64,000 bases of DNA from Octopus sinensis (GCF_006345805.1 NC_042997.1:145328001-145392000); one strand, 5' to 3'. Counted from the first letter of the stretch, positions 13,800 to 26,804 are shown. Translations and numbers: made by a program. Notes: generated by a model not told the origin, from the sequence alone.

Positions 13800-15370
13800 A
13801 TGGTGTAATGAAATCGTTCTGAATAATGTCTCATTAGTTTGTTTCAATTATATTTCATTAGCTCTCTGTTCTTTGAATTTATGGCGACGTAATTTATAAT
13901 ATTACTTGCAGTTGTTTTAGTTTGGGTGCATATTCGCTTTTTTCTAGTGCATGTCATGATGGCCTTGTCCGTGAGGGTTGGGATGGTGACAAAAGTGTTG
14001 GTGATATTAGTGTTACTGCTGTTGGGAATGGCGCCGTTGTTAAGTATTTCTTTCGTCCGTTTGCGGCTCCATCTTTTTTCTCGTAGGCGTGATTTTTTCC
14101 GTTAGCCATTTTTCTGTTTGTTACTTGTTATCATTTGCTCTCTTCTCCATGACCTTGGCTACATATGCCTGGGTGGTTCCAAGCGGGAAGGGGCATATCA
14201 TGGCGGTGGTGATGAGAGGGGTATTTACGTTTTGTTTTGCTGTTGCTAATGGGCTTTTAGTTGCTGCGGTTCTTGGTGATACTGCGACTCTTGAAGGCAA
14301 CGTTTTTTTTTTTTTATTATTTTTGCTTCCTTTTCACTCTTGTTGTCGTTGTTGTTGATACTGTAGGTAGTGCTTCAAATCCTGAAGCTGATATTGCAAT
14401 AAATGTTACTACAGTTGCATGCTGTTATTATATTGAAGTCGTTTGTACTACTCTTTCTCTCTTTTACTCTTTTATTTGTTTCAGTCAAGTGACTGCGGCC
14501 ATGCTGGAGCACCGCCTTTTAATCGAGCAAATCGACCCCGGGACTTATTCTTTTGTAAGCCCAGTACTTATTCTATCGGTCTCTTTTGCCGAACCGCTAA
14601 GTGACGGGGACGTAAACACACCAGCATCGGTTGTCAAGCAATGCTAGGGGGACAAACACAGACACACAAACACATACACATACATACACATATATATACA
14701 TATATACGACAGGCTTCTTTCAGTTTCCGTCTACCAAATCCACTCACAAGGCATTGGTCGGCCCGGGGCTATAGCAGAAGACACTTGCCCAAGGTGCCAC
14801 GCAGTGGGACTGAACCCAGAGCCATGTGGTTCGTAAGCAAGTTACTTACCACACAGCCACTCCTACACCTATGTGGATGATGTTGTGGATGATGTTGATA
14901 TGGTGGTGTTAGCAGTAGTTGAAACCTTCTTTTAGTAGTCATTTTCTTTTGCTATTTGGGGCCGAAAGTCTTGAGGTGATTAATGTTTCCACACTTGTAG
15001 CATCGTCACTTTTGTCACGATATAATTTGAGTAAGATTCCTTTGCTATTGCTATCATGCTACGCGACTGTTCAGAGGCTCCCTCTTTAGCTTGTAATCAG
15101 TACAGTAATTCTTATTAGTACTATTTTTAATCTCATCACTCACATCTTGAATATTTCTATTTTGAGCGCTTCTGGGTAGCTTTTCGACTCGGGTACGGGT
15201 CATCTGAACGAAAGGTTTATCAGAGTGCTTAGATCTTTTTACTTTTAGTTTGCAATGCCGTATCTGTGATTTACGCTTTGATTCTTCTGTCTGGTCGGGC
15301 ATACAACATAGTATTGTAGCAATGTAATTGCCATATAAGCTTTTAGCACTTACTACATTCTCCATTTACG
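13800..15370 (-). pseudogene. gag-like/ORF1 relic with a decayed CCHC zinc knuckle, interrupted by a SINE B
   Basis: 14958-15005 minus reads RCYKCGNINHLKTFGP (C-x2-C-x4-H-x4-G, last Cys one substitution away); T/P/K-rich flanks. Confidence 0.45.
14455..14873 (-). mobile_element. SINE family B
   Basis: near-identical to 7900-8383. Confidence 0.9.
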
Positions 15371-15902
15371 TGTGAAGTTTTTGTATATTGCCCTATGAAG
15401 ATAAATGCAGATTCGATCGTATCTGTGGATATATATATATATACTATCTTTGTAAAGACTACTTTACTGAAAATGATGTGATTGTTTCTTTGCCTTCATT
15501 ACAAGAATGGTGGTGTATTTAAACAAATTAGCTTAGCAAGTATGATATCAAGGGTTCGAATCCCATAACAGTGCACTTTGGACAAGTGTCTTTGATCATA
15601 GTTTCACGTGAATCCAAGCCTTGTAAACGGAAGTGGGAGGAGAGACATTGGCAAGTGAATTTAGCGTGCAATTCAAAGATCAAGCCTTGTCACAGATTGT
15701 GTCATGCTAATCCGACCGACTTGAAAAATACGTTAAGGCTACACGGAATACTCAACCACTTGCACTATAATTCAATGAGTAAGCAAGTTGATCGAACAGC
15801 TGAAGTGATGGCCGAAATTGACTAAAGATCCATTTACTTTCCTTATTCATTTAGACTTTTTAAGTATTATATTTTGGTAGAGTATTGTTACTATTACGGA
15901 TG

Positions 15903-16425
15903 GAGCAGGGCATGCTATCAAAGTAACATTGGGGTACAAAATATACGAAACTCAGTATACCCATCATGAATACCCGTCTGATAAAGGTACACGAGGCACA
16001 TGCATCACAACCATACTAACCTCATATCAAGTTAAACAACGCATGACCTTGCAGGTAGGGCCCAGTTAGAATTTTCTTTAGGTCGAGTAGCACATTCTGC
16101 TTAAAAGGTCCATGAATAAGGATTGTTTGAGGATGAACAAAACATGTTTTCAGGAATGAATTATTGAAACCCCAAAGAATTCCTCTCAACACACACATGG
16201 CTATAATGCTCCCCGACTACGCCTGCTCACGATCAGAGATGCACATATCGTCAGCCACATAGGGACATGCTCAACTGGTTAAGGTCAAGCAAGTGACAAG
16301 CAAATCTGTGGTATTGAGCTTAATATTTGTTGTAATCCTCTTTTACATGAAGGCAAAAGACGTACATAATAACACTTCCAATCAGTTAAGATCATAAGAC
16401 ATGACAGCCACTGCTTGATACAGCG
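15903..16425 (-). repeat. dispersed repeat family C (about 500 bp, no tRNA head seen)
   Basis: collinear homologue at 43865-44366 (for example GATCAGAGATGCACATAT and ATAACACTTCCAATCAGTTAAGATCA). Confidence 0.8.
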
Positions 16426-16427
16426 AA

Positions 16428-17330
16428 CTGGCAGAATCTTTAGCACGCCGGGCGATATACTTAACGGTATTTCGTCTGTCGTATTTCGTCTAAAGTGGCG
16501 CGCTGGCAGAAACGTTAGCACACCGGGCGAAATGCTTTGCAGTATTTCGACTGCCGTTACGTTCTGAGTTCAAATTCCACCGAGGTCAACTTTGCCTTTC
16601 ATCCTTTCGGGGTCGATTAAATAAGTACCAGTTACGCACTGGGGTCGATATAATCGACTTAATCCGTGCGTCTGTCCTGGTTTGTCCCCTCCGTGTGTAG
16701 CCCCTTGTGGGTAGTAAAGAAATAGGTATTTCGTCTGTCTTTAAAAAATAAAGGCGGCGAGCTGGCAGAAACGTTAGCGCGCCGGGCGAAATGCTTAGCG
16801 GTATTTCTTCTGCATTACGTTGTGAGTTCAAGTTCCGCCGAGGTCGACTTTGCCTTTCATCCTTTCGGGGTCGATAAATTAAGTACCAGTTACGCACTGG
16901 GGTCGATGTAATCGACTTAATACCTATGTCTGTCCTTGTTTGTTCTCTCTGTGTTTAGCCCCTTGTGGGTAGTAAAGAAATAGGTATTTCGTCTGCCGCT
17001 ACGTTCTGAGTTCAAATTCCGCCAAGGTCGACTTTGCTTTTCATCCTTTCGGGGTCGATTAGATAAATACCAGTTACGCACTGGGGTTAATATAATCGAC
17101 TTAATCCGTTTGTCTGTCCTTGTTTGTCTCTCTGTGTTTAGCCCATTGTGAGTAGTAAAGAAATAGGTATTTCGCCTGCCGCTACGTTCTGAGTTCAAAT
17201 TCCGCCAAGGTCGACTTTGCCTTTCATCCTTTCGGGGTCGATAAATTAAGTACCAGTTACGTACTGGGTTGATCTAATCGACTGGCCCCCTCCCTCAAAT
17301 TTCGGGCCTTTTGCCTATAATAGAAAGGAT
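16428..17330 (+). mobile_element. SINE family A array (about 4 bodies plus truncated heads)
   Basis: repeated units with AAGAAATA|GGTATTTCG junctions near 16726, 16982 and 17164; ends in (ATC)n(ATT)n. Confidence 0.9.
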
Positions 17331-17353
17331 TATCATCATCATCATCATCATCA

Positions 17354-17392
<39 letters not shown>

Positions 17393-17413
17393 TATTATTA
17401 TTATTATTATTAT

Positions 17414-18445
17414 TCAGTAGTCTTATTTCGGCATGTTATATATACTTGTAAGTCCTGATGTTTTTGTTATGTATTTTTCTGAATGTGCCTACCATAATAG
17501 GAATTGTTTCTGTTTTTAACCTCCACATGCAAGTTACTTCTATTCCCAGAACTTTGTATTTTGAAAGCTTCTCCGTTTATTTTAGAGAAACGTTGTCATC
17601 TGTTAGTATTGATATATCAATTAGAAAACATTTTTTTATTTGTGATCTCTGATAACTATATCCGGCCTATTGACCTTAATTTCTGTATGTGTGTGTATTG
17701 GCATATCCCAGAGTATGGTTGCTTTCTCATTTTCTGTGACCTTTTCTGGCGTGTGCCTATACCATCTTTTTTCTGTTGTTATTCCATAGTGTTGGAATAG
17801 CTTCCAGTGTATACAGGTCCCAAATCTGTCATGTCTGTAAATATATTCCTTCTTAACCAGGAGTTGGCAGCCAGAGACAATATGATTTATTGCTTCTTCT
17901 CCATCACCACATATTCTGCAGTTACTTGTATTTCTTTTCATTACGTGTTTTTAGTCATTTATGTTGGGAAGGCTTTGATCTTGTGCTGCAATTAGAAATC
18001 CTTCAGTCTCTGGTTTGAATCCTGAGCTTCTTAGCCATTGTTGGGATTTTTGTTTTCTGTTTAGTTTAACCCAATATTTGTCATGTAGGGGCTTTTCTTG
18101 CCATTGCTTTATCGTTATACGTTGCTGTTCCAGTCTTATTTTGGATTTAGTTGTTTTACTGCTTTTGTTGTTTCTTCTTTTTCTTCATAGTTGTTAGGTA
18201 CAATGACTTCTTTTTTATATTTTTCAGTTTCCGTAAAGACAGAAAACAGTTTATTTGTTTGTGTTTTGTGGCTATTTGTATTAGTTTTCCTTGCTTCTGA
18301 AGCAGGTATTTTTGTAGTCCTATAGTGGTTATTTTGTAATGGTCTTCTAGCTGTATAAGGCCTCTACCATCTTCGATACGTTGTATACATAGCATTATAT
18401 GTCAGGTTTTGGATAGTGTATCCTAAATCCTGTCATTATTTTTCT
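17414..18445 (-). pseudogene. R4/Dong-like non-LTR retrotransposon 3' part (RT C-terminus, CCHC finger, restriction-like endonuclease)
   Basis: ORF 17636-17941 CRICGDGEEAINHIVSGC...RHD...ILWDMPIHT...NRPDIV; ORF 18156-18395 RIEDGRGLIQLE; (AAT)n tail at 17341-17414. Confidence 0.85.
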
Positions 18446-18449
18446 TCAT

Positions 18450-18790
18450 CCAAATATTGCTCCGGAGTTAAGTCCCGATTCGCGGTTCATTCGCCTTCAT
18501 CCCAGGCATGGAACCGTTAGTCACTGACAGGTTGTCACCAATGTGACTAAGGAGTCCTATCTGCCCCAGTTTAATTCAGTGTTCCTTTTCCTCGACAGAC
18601 TGCCAGCCAAGGCTCAGGAGTTCTGTCTACCCGTTTTCGGAATAGCCATTGATTATTCTGAGTCCCTCTGCCCTTTGCCAAGTTTTGTTTTTAATCCCGC
18701 AGGGTTTCGAATATCCACCCTCCTCACCAAGCAAGCTTAGTGGGGTTGCCGGTTTAGTCACCGACGACTCGACGGTTTCACAACGCCACT
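18450..18790 (-). repeat. GC-richer structured repeat resembling an RTE-type 5' leader
   Basis: motifs GGCAACCCCACTAAGCTTGCTTGGTGAGGAGGG and GGCAGTCTGTCGAGGAAAAGGAACACTGAATTAAAC; assignment from memory. Confidence 0.35.
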
Positions 18791-18974
18791 TGTTAATCAT
18801 TCTGAATAATTATCAATCTGGGTAATTATTTACTTGTTCACTATTATAATTTCACTATTACTACAATAATCCCTATCTCATTATTTACTTGTTCACTACT
18901 ATAGTTTCTCAATTACTACTCAATTACTACTACTCAATTACTACTATAGTTTCTCAATTACTACTCAATTACTA

Positions 18975-19253
18975 CAGCGTCGGCTGCGGGGTCATTCCGA
19001 AAAGCTCTACCTGCGACGATTTCATCTCAATCGAAGGAGAGGAGCTTTCTCCGTCCGGGTTGCGGATCCGTGGAACAAGCTGCCAGACGAGATGGTGAAG
19101 ATGCCGACGACCGCTTTGTTCAAAGCCTCCCTGGACCTCAAGTGGCCTGAACTCTTTACATGAACACCACCCTGTACTTAACTCCATGTCCCCCTACATG
19201 GCCTTGCTAGTTGCTTTTGAGCCAAATTAACTAACTAACTAACTAACTAACTA
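18975..19253 (+). mobile_element. 5'-truncated CR1-type LINE 3' end with (TAAC)n tail
   Basis: intact frame 18975-19163 QRRLRGHSEKLYLRRFHLNRRRGAFSVRVADPWNKLPDEMVKMPTTALFKASLDLKWPELFT*, classic CR1 ORF2 C-terminus. Confidence 0.85.
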
Positions 19254-19576
19254 TACTTATATTATTACTATAAGGCCGAGGGGTCCTAATATTGTACCTC
19301 CTGATTTTTTTAGACAAGAAATAATGGCAGATTTACGACTGTTGCTTTAGCTACTACTGATGCTGTGGCGTTAAATAGTGAAGTGGTCTTGTTGTGTCGA
19401 CTAATAGTAGCTGTTTAATTGGACTGCTATTTGACATGATTGTTGGTGGATTGGGAACAGGTAGGAGAGGGTTTTTGAGAGGAGCATCGACAAGTTAGAA
19501 CCAGCATAGTTACGATTTGGAAATTTATAAACAACATCTCAAAGTTTTAAAAGCTATAATAATAATTATTATTATT

Positions 19577-19710
19577 TAAACTTTTGGAAAATAAAAAATT
19601 CTTAACATCGGGCTACGACAAGTAACTTTAAATGCCAAGAACCCTTCTAAGTATCCTAGCTGTCCATAACAACATTGTTTTCGGGGTTGTGCTAAACTAG
19701 GTTTTATCTT
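19577..19710 (-). pseudogene. short R4-like 3' end
   Basis: PKTMLLWTARILRRVLGI*; flanked by (TAT)n. Confidence 0.55.
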
Positions 19711-19726
19711 TATTATTATTATTATT

Positions 19727-20040
19727 TTATGGTATTTTCTTTTTATCACGGGTTTTGTTGGAGTTCCTGGAGTTTTGTATGCGTAGCGGGCTTGCTACCT
19801 TCAGCCTACGGTACCACGCTATCCGTTCTTTTCAGCTATCAAATACTGTCCTGATTATTCTGGCTGTGCCAAGGAGGCAAAAATTTTGTTACAGTTCTAC
19901 TGGGCACTCTATTCCAATTACCTTGATATTCCTATTGATGCCTTCTGGTACTCTTCCCAGGGGCCCAACAATAATTGGTACTATCTTCACCTTCATTCTC
20001 CATAGCCGGGTTATTTTGTACTTAAGAGGGCGGTATTTAT
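19727..20040 (-). pseudogene. R4-like 3' end
   Basis: KYRPLKYKITRLWRMKVKIVPIIVGPLG...FCLLGTARIIRTVFDS*; (TAT)n on both sides. Confidence 0.75.
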
Positions 20041-20264
20041 TATTATTATTATTACTTTTTTTTTCTTCTTTCAAATTTGCTTCCATTTCTTGCCGAGTGT
20101 CTTCCCGACTCCTAGGGCAAAGAAACTCATAGTATACATTGGTAGGCCATTAAACCAAACTCAATAGTTCGTTCATTAAAAAAATTTTTTTTTTTTTAAG
20201 TTAAATTAAAATACATGAGCAGCAACAGTTCTCACATCGACAATGCTCTTCTTCTTCTTCTCCT

Positions 20265-20852
20265 TCTTCTCCTTCTTCTTCTTCTTCTTCTTCTTCTTCT
20301 TCTTCTTCTTCTTCTTCTACTTATTATTATTATTATTATTATTATTATATTATTATTATTATTATTGTTATTGTTATTGTTGCTGTTGTAGTAGTAGTAA
20401 AGTGCTTCTTATTATTATTAGGCACTGCGTGTGTGATATGTGTGTTTGTGCGTTATACTGGAAACACAGTAAAACATATCTTTGACACATTTTGTTAAGG
20501 GTTTTCTTTTCTTATTCCAACATGAGTCACTCACAGCTCATTCGGAACAATCAAATGTTTGGTTCCTTCATAATAGAATATGAATTAAAAAAAGGTAATA
20601 GAAATAAAAGAAATTAAATTTAGAAATTAAGTCATGCTCTCCATACAATAGTTCTAAAAGAAAAGCCACACTCCATACACACAAGTGTGTATGGGTGCAT
20701 GTGTATAAACATGCAAGTATAAACACACACACACACACACACATCTGTAAGTATATATGTGTGTGTGTGTATGTGTGTATGTAAGTATATATATATATTT
20801 GTGTATATATATATATATAATATATATATATATATGTGTGTATGTATATATG

Positions 20853-20883
<31 letters not shown>

Positions 20884-21003
20884 GTATATATATATGTATA
20901 TATGTATATATATATATATATGTATAGTTATACACGTATGTATGTATATATATACGTATATATATATATATATATATACATATGTATATATGTATATATA
21001 TAC

Positions 21004-21062
<59 letters not shown>

Positions 21063-21142
21063 TCTATATGTATATGTATGTGTGTATATTATATATATAG
21101 ACCTATATGTATATATATATATATATGTATGTGTATTTATAT

Positions 21143-21226
<84 letters not shown>

Positions 21227-21351
21227 TATATATATAATATATATATATATATATAATATATATATATATAATATATATATATATATATGTATAGTTATAC
21301 ACGTATGTATGTATATATATACATACATATTTATATATGCATAGGTACTTA

Positions 21352-21398
<47 letters not shown>

Positions 21399-21642
21399 GA
21401 ATGTACTTCAATCGTTGCTCTAATTACTTACTGAGAAGTGATGCGAATAATAAATATAAGTGCATATTGTGTGCGTAACGACAGCATAATATGATTCAAA
21501 GTGTGAACGCCATAGACAAAAGGAAGCTCTCGCTAAAACGAAGATGGAATATGAAAAAAAAAAAATATTATTTCACATTGAAATACAGGTATGACACGAT
21601 CGTCAATAAGAGACGAAAGACATAATATAGGGAAAACATAGC

Positions 21643-21674
<32 letters not shown>

Positions 21675-22430
21675 ATGTGATAGGAAGAAAGAAATTAGTA
21701 TAGTAAATTAATAAATAAACGAAAATGATGTTCCCTCGCTAAGAAATATGTCAGTTTAAAATACACGAACGGTTTGAAGATCAAAAAAATAAGTGTGGTG
21801 TTTCATCATTCTAATGTGCTACTACTTTTATTTAATCAAAGTTAATATTTTGTAAGGAAAAAAAAGAAGATTAATAATGATATTATGGCTGTAGGCAAAA
21901 TTTTGCGTATACTTATGTATAAGTGTGTATATATTCTTATAGTTATATGTATTTATTTATGTGTGTATATATATATATATTCATATATATATATTCATAT
22001 ATATGTGGTTGTGAATCTATGTACATAAACTTTATTTACATATATGTACTATGTATGCACCCCTCTCCCCCTCTTTCTGTGTGTGTGTACAGATGTACAT
22101 GTATATATATATATACACATGTATGTGTGTGTGCGTACACATACACACATACACACACACATATATACGTATCTATATATATGTATATACATATGTGTAT
22201 ACAAATGTATATTAATATATATAGATATTCATGTATATATGTGTATATAAATGTATGTATATACACTTGTGTGTATATATGTGCATGTATATAGAGACAC
22301 ACACATGCATACATGCATACATACATACATACATACATACATACATACATACATACATACATACATGCACACATATATATATATGTACATACATACATAC
22401 ATATATACATACATGCATGCATACATAATA
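20265..22430. repeat. microsatellite fields: (CTT)n, (TTA)n, long (TA)n/(TATG)n/(CATA)n
   Basis: direct inspection. Confidence 0.95.
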
Positions 22431-23750
22431 AATATATGCAGAGAGAGATAATTCGCAACACTTCGCGAATCAGGAGGATTAAAACTAAATATATTGAAAT
22501 ATTAAAAAGCTTAACTGTGGGAGAAAAGAACTATAATGTAAAAACATTCTCTCTATGTAAGTGAGATAAGGAGGGAAAAAAGCATAGACGGAATGCGTTT
22601 ACTTTCTATAGGTTCCTCCCACAGCTTAGGTTTCCTAATACATACATACATACATACTGAGAGAAAAAACAACTTTTAAATTTGCATTTTCATGCAGTAA
22701 GACACAATTATAGAGTTTTAGTATCATTCTCTATGTCACTTCTATTTCTGATTCCCTTTCATTAGTAGGTTACTATAGTTGTTTCCTCCTTTCTCTCTCT
22801 CTTCCGCTCTCTCTCTCTCTCCCTTTATCTCTCTCTCTCTCTCTCTGTTTACTTCTTCGTTGTCAGATGTAATTAATGCCTAACATAAAGCATCAGGTAA
22901 ACATTAAGTAATCTATATCATATATATATAATTTTCTCCTTCATCTGAAAAACGATATTTCCAATGGAAAAAATATTGAAAAACAAAAAAAGCATATATA
23001 TATATATAGTCGTTTATCACGGGTTTTAGTTTAAAACAAAAAACGCCACCGTGTTAAATGAACCAGTATTAAATAAATGAAAAGACATATGGTGAAACTA
23101 AGTTTCATTCTGAGTCTCCATTTTGTCTGATTTTGGGTGATTACCGGGATTCGCTTTTGCAATCCACACAGAATTGTTGACTGATTGTCGACCCGTGTTA
23201 TCGCAGATCACTTCGTGATAAGTGTATCACGGTTTGCAAGTGAGAATACATTAATTACATTGATCCGTGATGAATGAGTCGCGATAAATGAGGATAGATG
23301 TAATAAGTCTGGATGCCATAAATGTTCTAAAATACTAAACATGGAAAGCAATCGTCATCGTGCAACATAATGTATTAAATCATCACAATAGATAGTGTGA
23401 GCAACAGAGAGATGTACTTTTAGCCGGGTATTTGGATATTCTTAAAAGATAACTTCTTTACACACAAATCACGCCCCTCCAGGCGGAATCAGATAATCTT
23501 ACCAACACAGGGCAAAATAATGATGATGCATTATTAATATGTAACAGAGAATTATGAAACCGAAGGAATTAAAAAAAAATAATTGAAGCTGAGCAAAACA
23601 TATATGAAGAAAACACCATATATATTTCAACAGAACATGAGATAAACGCAACCATATTTAAAACGGAACACAACAATGTGATATTCAAAAACATTAAAAA
23701 CTTAACCACATTAAAACAGAACACAGCAGAACACGACAGAAGACAACAAT

Positions 23751-24350
23751 AAGGCGGCGAGCTGGCAGAATCGTTAGCACGCCGGGCGAAATGCTTAGTG
23801 GTATTTTGTCTGTTGTTACGTTCTGAGTTCAAATTCCGCCGAGGTCGACTTTGCCTTTCATCCTTTCGCGGTCGATTAAATAAGCACCAGTTACACAATG
23901 GGGTCGATGTAATGGAGTTAATCCGTTTGTCTGTCCTTGTCCGTCCTCTCTGTGTTTAGCCCCTTGTGGGTAGTAAAAAAATAGGTATTTCGTCCACCGT
24001 TACGTTATGAGTTCAAATTCCGCCGAGGTCGACTTTGCCTTTCATCCTTTCGTGGTCGATTAAATAAGCACCAGTTACACAATGGGGTCGATATAATCGA
24101 CTTAATCCGTTTATCTGTCCTTGTTCGTCCTCTTTGTGTTTAGCCCCTTGTGGGTAGTAAAAAAATAGGTATTTCGTCCGCCGTTACGTTATGAGTTCAA
24201 ATTCCGTCGAGATCGACTTTGCCTTTCATCCTTTCGGAGTCGATAAATTAAGTACCAGTTACGCACTGGGGTCGATGTAATCGACTTAATCCCTTTGTCT
24301 GTCCTTGTTTGTCCCCTCTATGTTTACCCTTTGTGGGCAATAAAGAAATA
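23751..24350 (+). mobile_element. SINE family A trimer with a probable 12-bp target-site duplication
   Basis: AGAAGACAACAA (23738-23749) and AGAAGGCAACAA (24351-24362) flank three units. Confidence 0.9.
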
Positions 24351-24402
24351 AGAAGGCAACAAAGAGCAACCACATTGCAACAAAATAACGGTGTTATGAC
24401 AA

Positions 24403-24574
24403 CACTAGCATAGCTGGGGGGCGGTCGGAGCGGTCCGGCCAGGGCAGCAGTTTTAAAGGGTCACCACTTTTGGGTTTGCTGTAGGCAATATGTGTCTTTT
24501 TTTTTTGTGATGTTCGGGGGTGGGGGTAAACGGAAGGGCTGCACCGGGCGACACACACTCTAACTACGCTAGTG
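24403..24574. mobile_element. hAT-like MITE, 172 bp
   Basis: terminal inverted repeats CACTAGCATAG / CTACGCTAGTG (1 mismatch), GC-rich interior; 8-bp flanks match only 5/8. Confidence 0.55.
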
Positions 24575-25049
24575 AACGACAGAATACGATACAACTGGAA
24601 GAACGTTAAAACAGAAAGCAGCAGAGCATAACGATGTTACTGCAGAACAAACACGAAAATACCCACGTAGCAGTAGAACATAACAAACAACTAAATAACA
24701 AAAGAAAACGACAAAACCATATCTACGTTACAACAAAACAGAAGAAGAATAACAAAAACACACAATTAGAATATAATGTGACAAAACCTCAACAACGTCA
24801 TAACAGAATGCAATCAAAGCATAACAATCTTACAAAAGAAACATATTCACGTTACAACAGAAAACCAATAAAACCTCAATTACGTTACAAACGACTTCAA
24901 TAAGGCCACGCTAGAATCGAACACTTGACATAGCACAACTAAAAACCACGTCACAAAAGATACAACGACGTCACAAAATAGCGAAAACACAGACCCGGTT
25001 ACGAGTTAAAGCAATAAAGCGTAATACGCATTATAAACAGAATTGGTGC

Positions 25050-25360
25050 ATGAAATATCTAGAGATTAATGATGGCGAACAAATACAATATAATAAAATG
25101 AAAGAGTTAATCCGACAGACTAGAAGATGCTGAGTGAACTCAAGTCAAAATATGAGATGTATGCAATCTTATCAGTAAACTACAGCTTCAGCGTGATCAG
25201 CTGGAAGTTGCAAAAGATCAAATAATTCGACATCAAAACCAGAAAACTGTTAACAAAATTTAGACAAGATCTCTTTAAAGGGGAAACGACCGTATTTATA
25301 TATCAAACCAGAAAGAAGGACGAAGTCTTCAATCACGAGAAATAGTTTACTGTGTGACTG
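25050..25360 (+). pseudogene. decayed R4-like RT fragment
   Basis: YSFSVISWKLQKIK*FDIKTRKLLTKFR resembles R4-clade YSFGIINW...LDxKTRKLLT. Confidence 0.55.
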
Positions 25361-25996
25361 GTCGCTTACGTACATTAAGACGAGACAGACACATTATTAA
25401 AAGGAAAGAAAATCTATATAAGCACAAGCATGGCTGTGTGGTTTAGAAACTTACTTTGCAACCACATGGTTTCGGGTTCAGTTCCACTGCACAGCACCTT
25501 AACCAAAAGTATTCTATTATATCTCCAGACCGACTAATGACTTGTCAGGGAATTTGGTTGACGAAAAATGTGATAATGTCAGTTTAAAATTTACGCACAA
25601 GATCAGCAATTTTGGTGGGAGTTGGGATAAGTCAATTAGATTTACTCCAGTGATCAGCGGGTACTTATTTTATATCGAGCTCGAAAGAATGAAAGGAAAA
25701 ATAGACCTCAGCGGAATTTGAACTCAGAACGCAAAAACGAACGAGATAGTGCTAAGTATTTTGCCAACGATTCTGTCTGCTCACCGCCTTGGTGATGATG
25801 ATGATGAATTTCAACTCAGAACGTAAAGATGGACGAAATGCTTCTAAGCCTTTTGCCCGGTAAACTTAACGTTTCTGTTAGCACGCCGCCTCAGCAATCC
25901 TTTCTACTAAAGGCACAAGGCCTGAAATTTTGGTTCGAACTAAGATAATATTTTGGTTCGTTCACTTCCTCAGACATCTTGATTTGAAAACACGCT

Positions 25997-26075
<79 letters not shown>

Positions 26076-26804
26076 ATATATATACATACTATATATATAT
26101 ATATATGTATATATATAAGACTCCAACTTCCCTCGTCAACATACATATTACTCTATCTTTAATATATCCACCTAAAGCTATCCTGCGTCTCCCTACCCAA
26201 TTTTGAATCTATCATAACAGCCTCTAATAAACGAAAACTTTCTCTCTATTATCAAAACTTACACCGTAACAACTCTGAATACACGGGAGCCCAACATATA
26301 CATAGCTCCAAAATCGAACCCCATACTTTAGATCACGACGAAAACCCAACCAATCCCTTTAACACTAACCAGAATACTACTACCCCAATTTTCACCATTA
26401 TTACAGATAGGATAAATAACAATGATAGAAATAGTAATAATGGTAGTAATAATAATGGTAATAACATAGACCAATCTACCCCAAACTCTAACCTCTCCTT
26501 AGACAGTGTTACCTCCTCCATTCCTGAGAATAATCCCAACAACGTACTACCATGTGACTGCCACCTTGGGACCATCTGCTCTCTACAAACCTGTTGCAGA
26601 AGGTCTGACGTAATTTATAAACGTACCGTCCACAACATGTTACACAATTTTATAACCATCAACATGAATGGGCCATGATATCACAATATTTTGATTTAAA
26701 ATAATAAACAGATCCTATGAGGTGGTACTGTTAAGTTAGATTTGCCCAAGGCTAATCTTTGCTCCAAACATATCTAAGTTATATATATATGTATATATAT
26801 ATGC

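Noticed and set aside
16428-17330. CRISPR-like appearance of regularly repeated units
   Set aside because: Units are whole SINE bodies with no unique spacers, no cas genes, and the context is eukaryotic
20654-22564. Many 60-156 aa Tyr/Ile ORFs, also at 1.5-2.3, 29.4-29.9, 42.1-42.6, 46.5-47.1 and 51.9-52.4 kb
   Set aside because: Microsatellite translations
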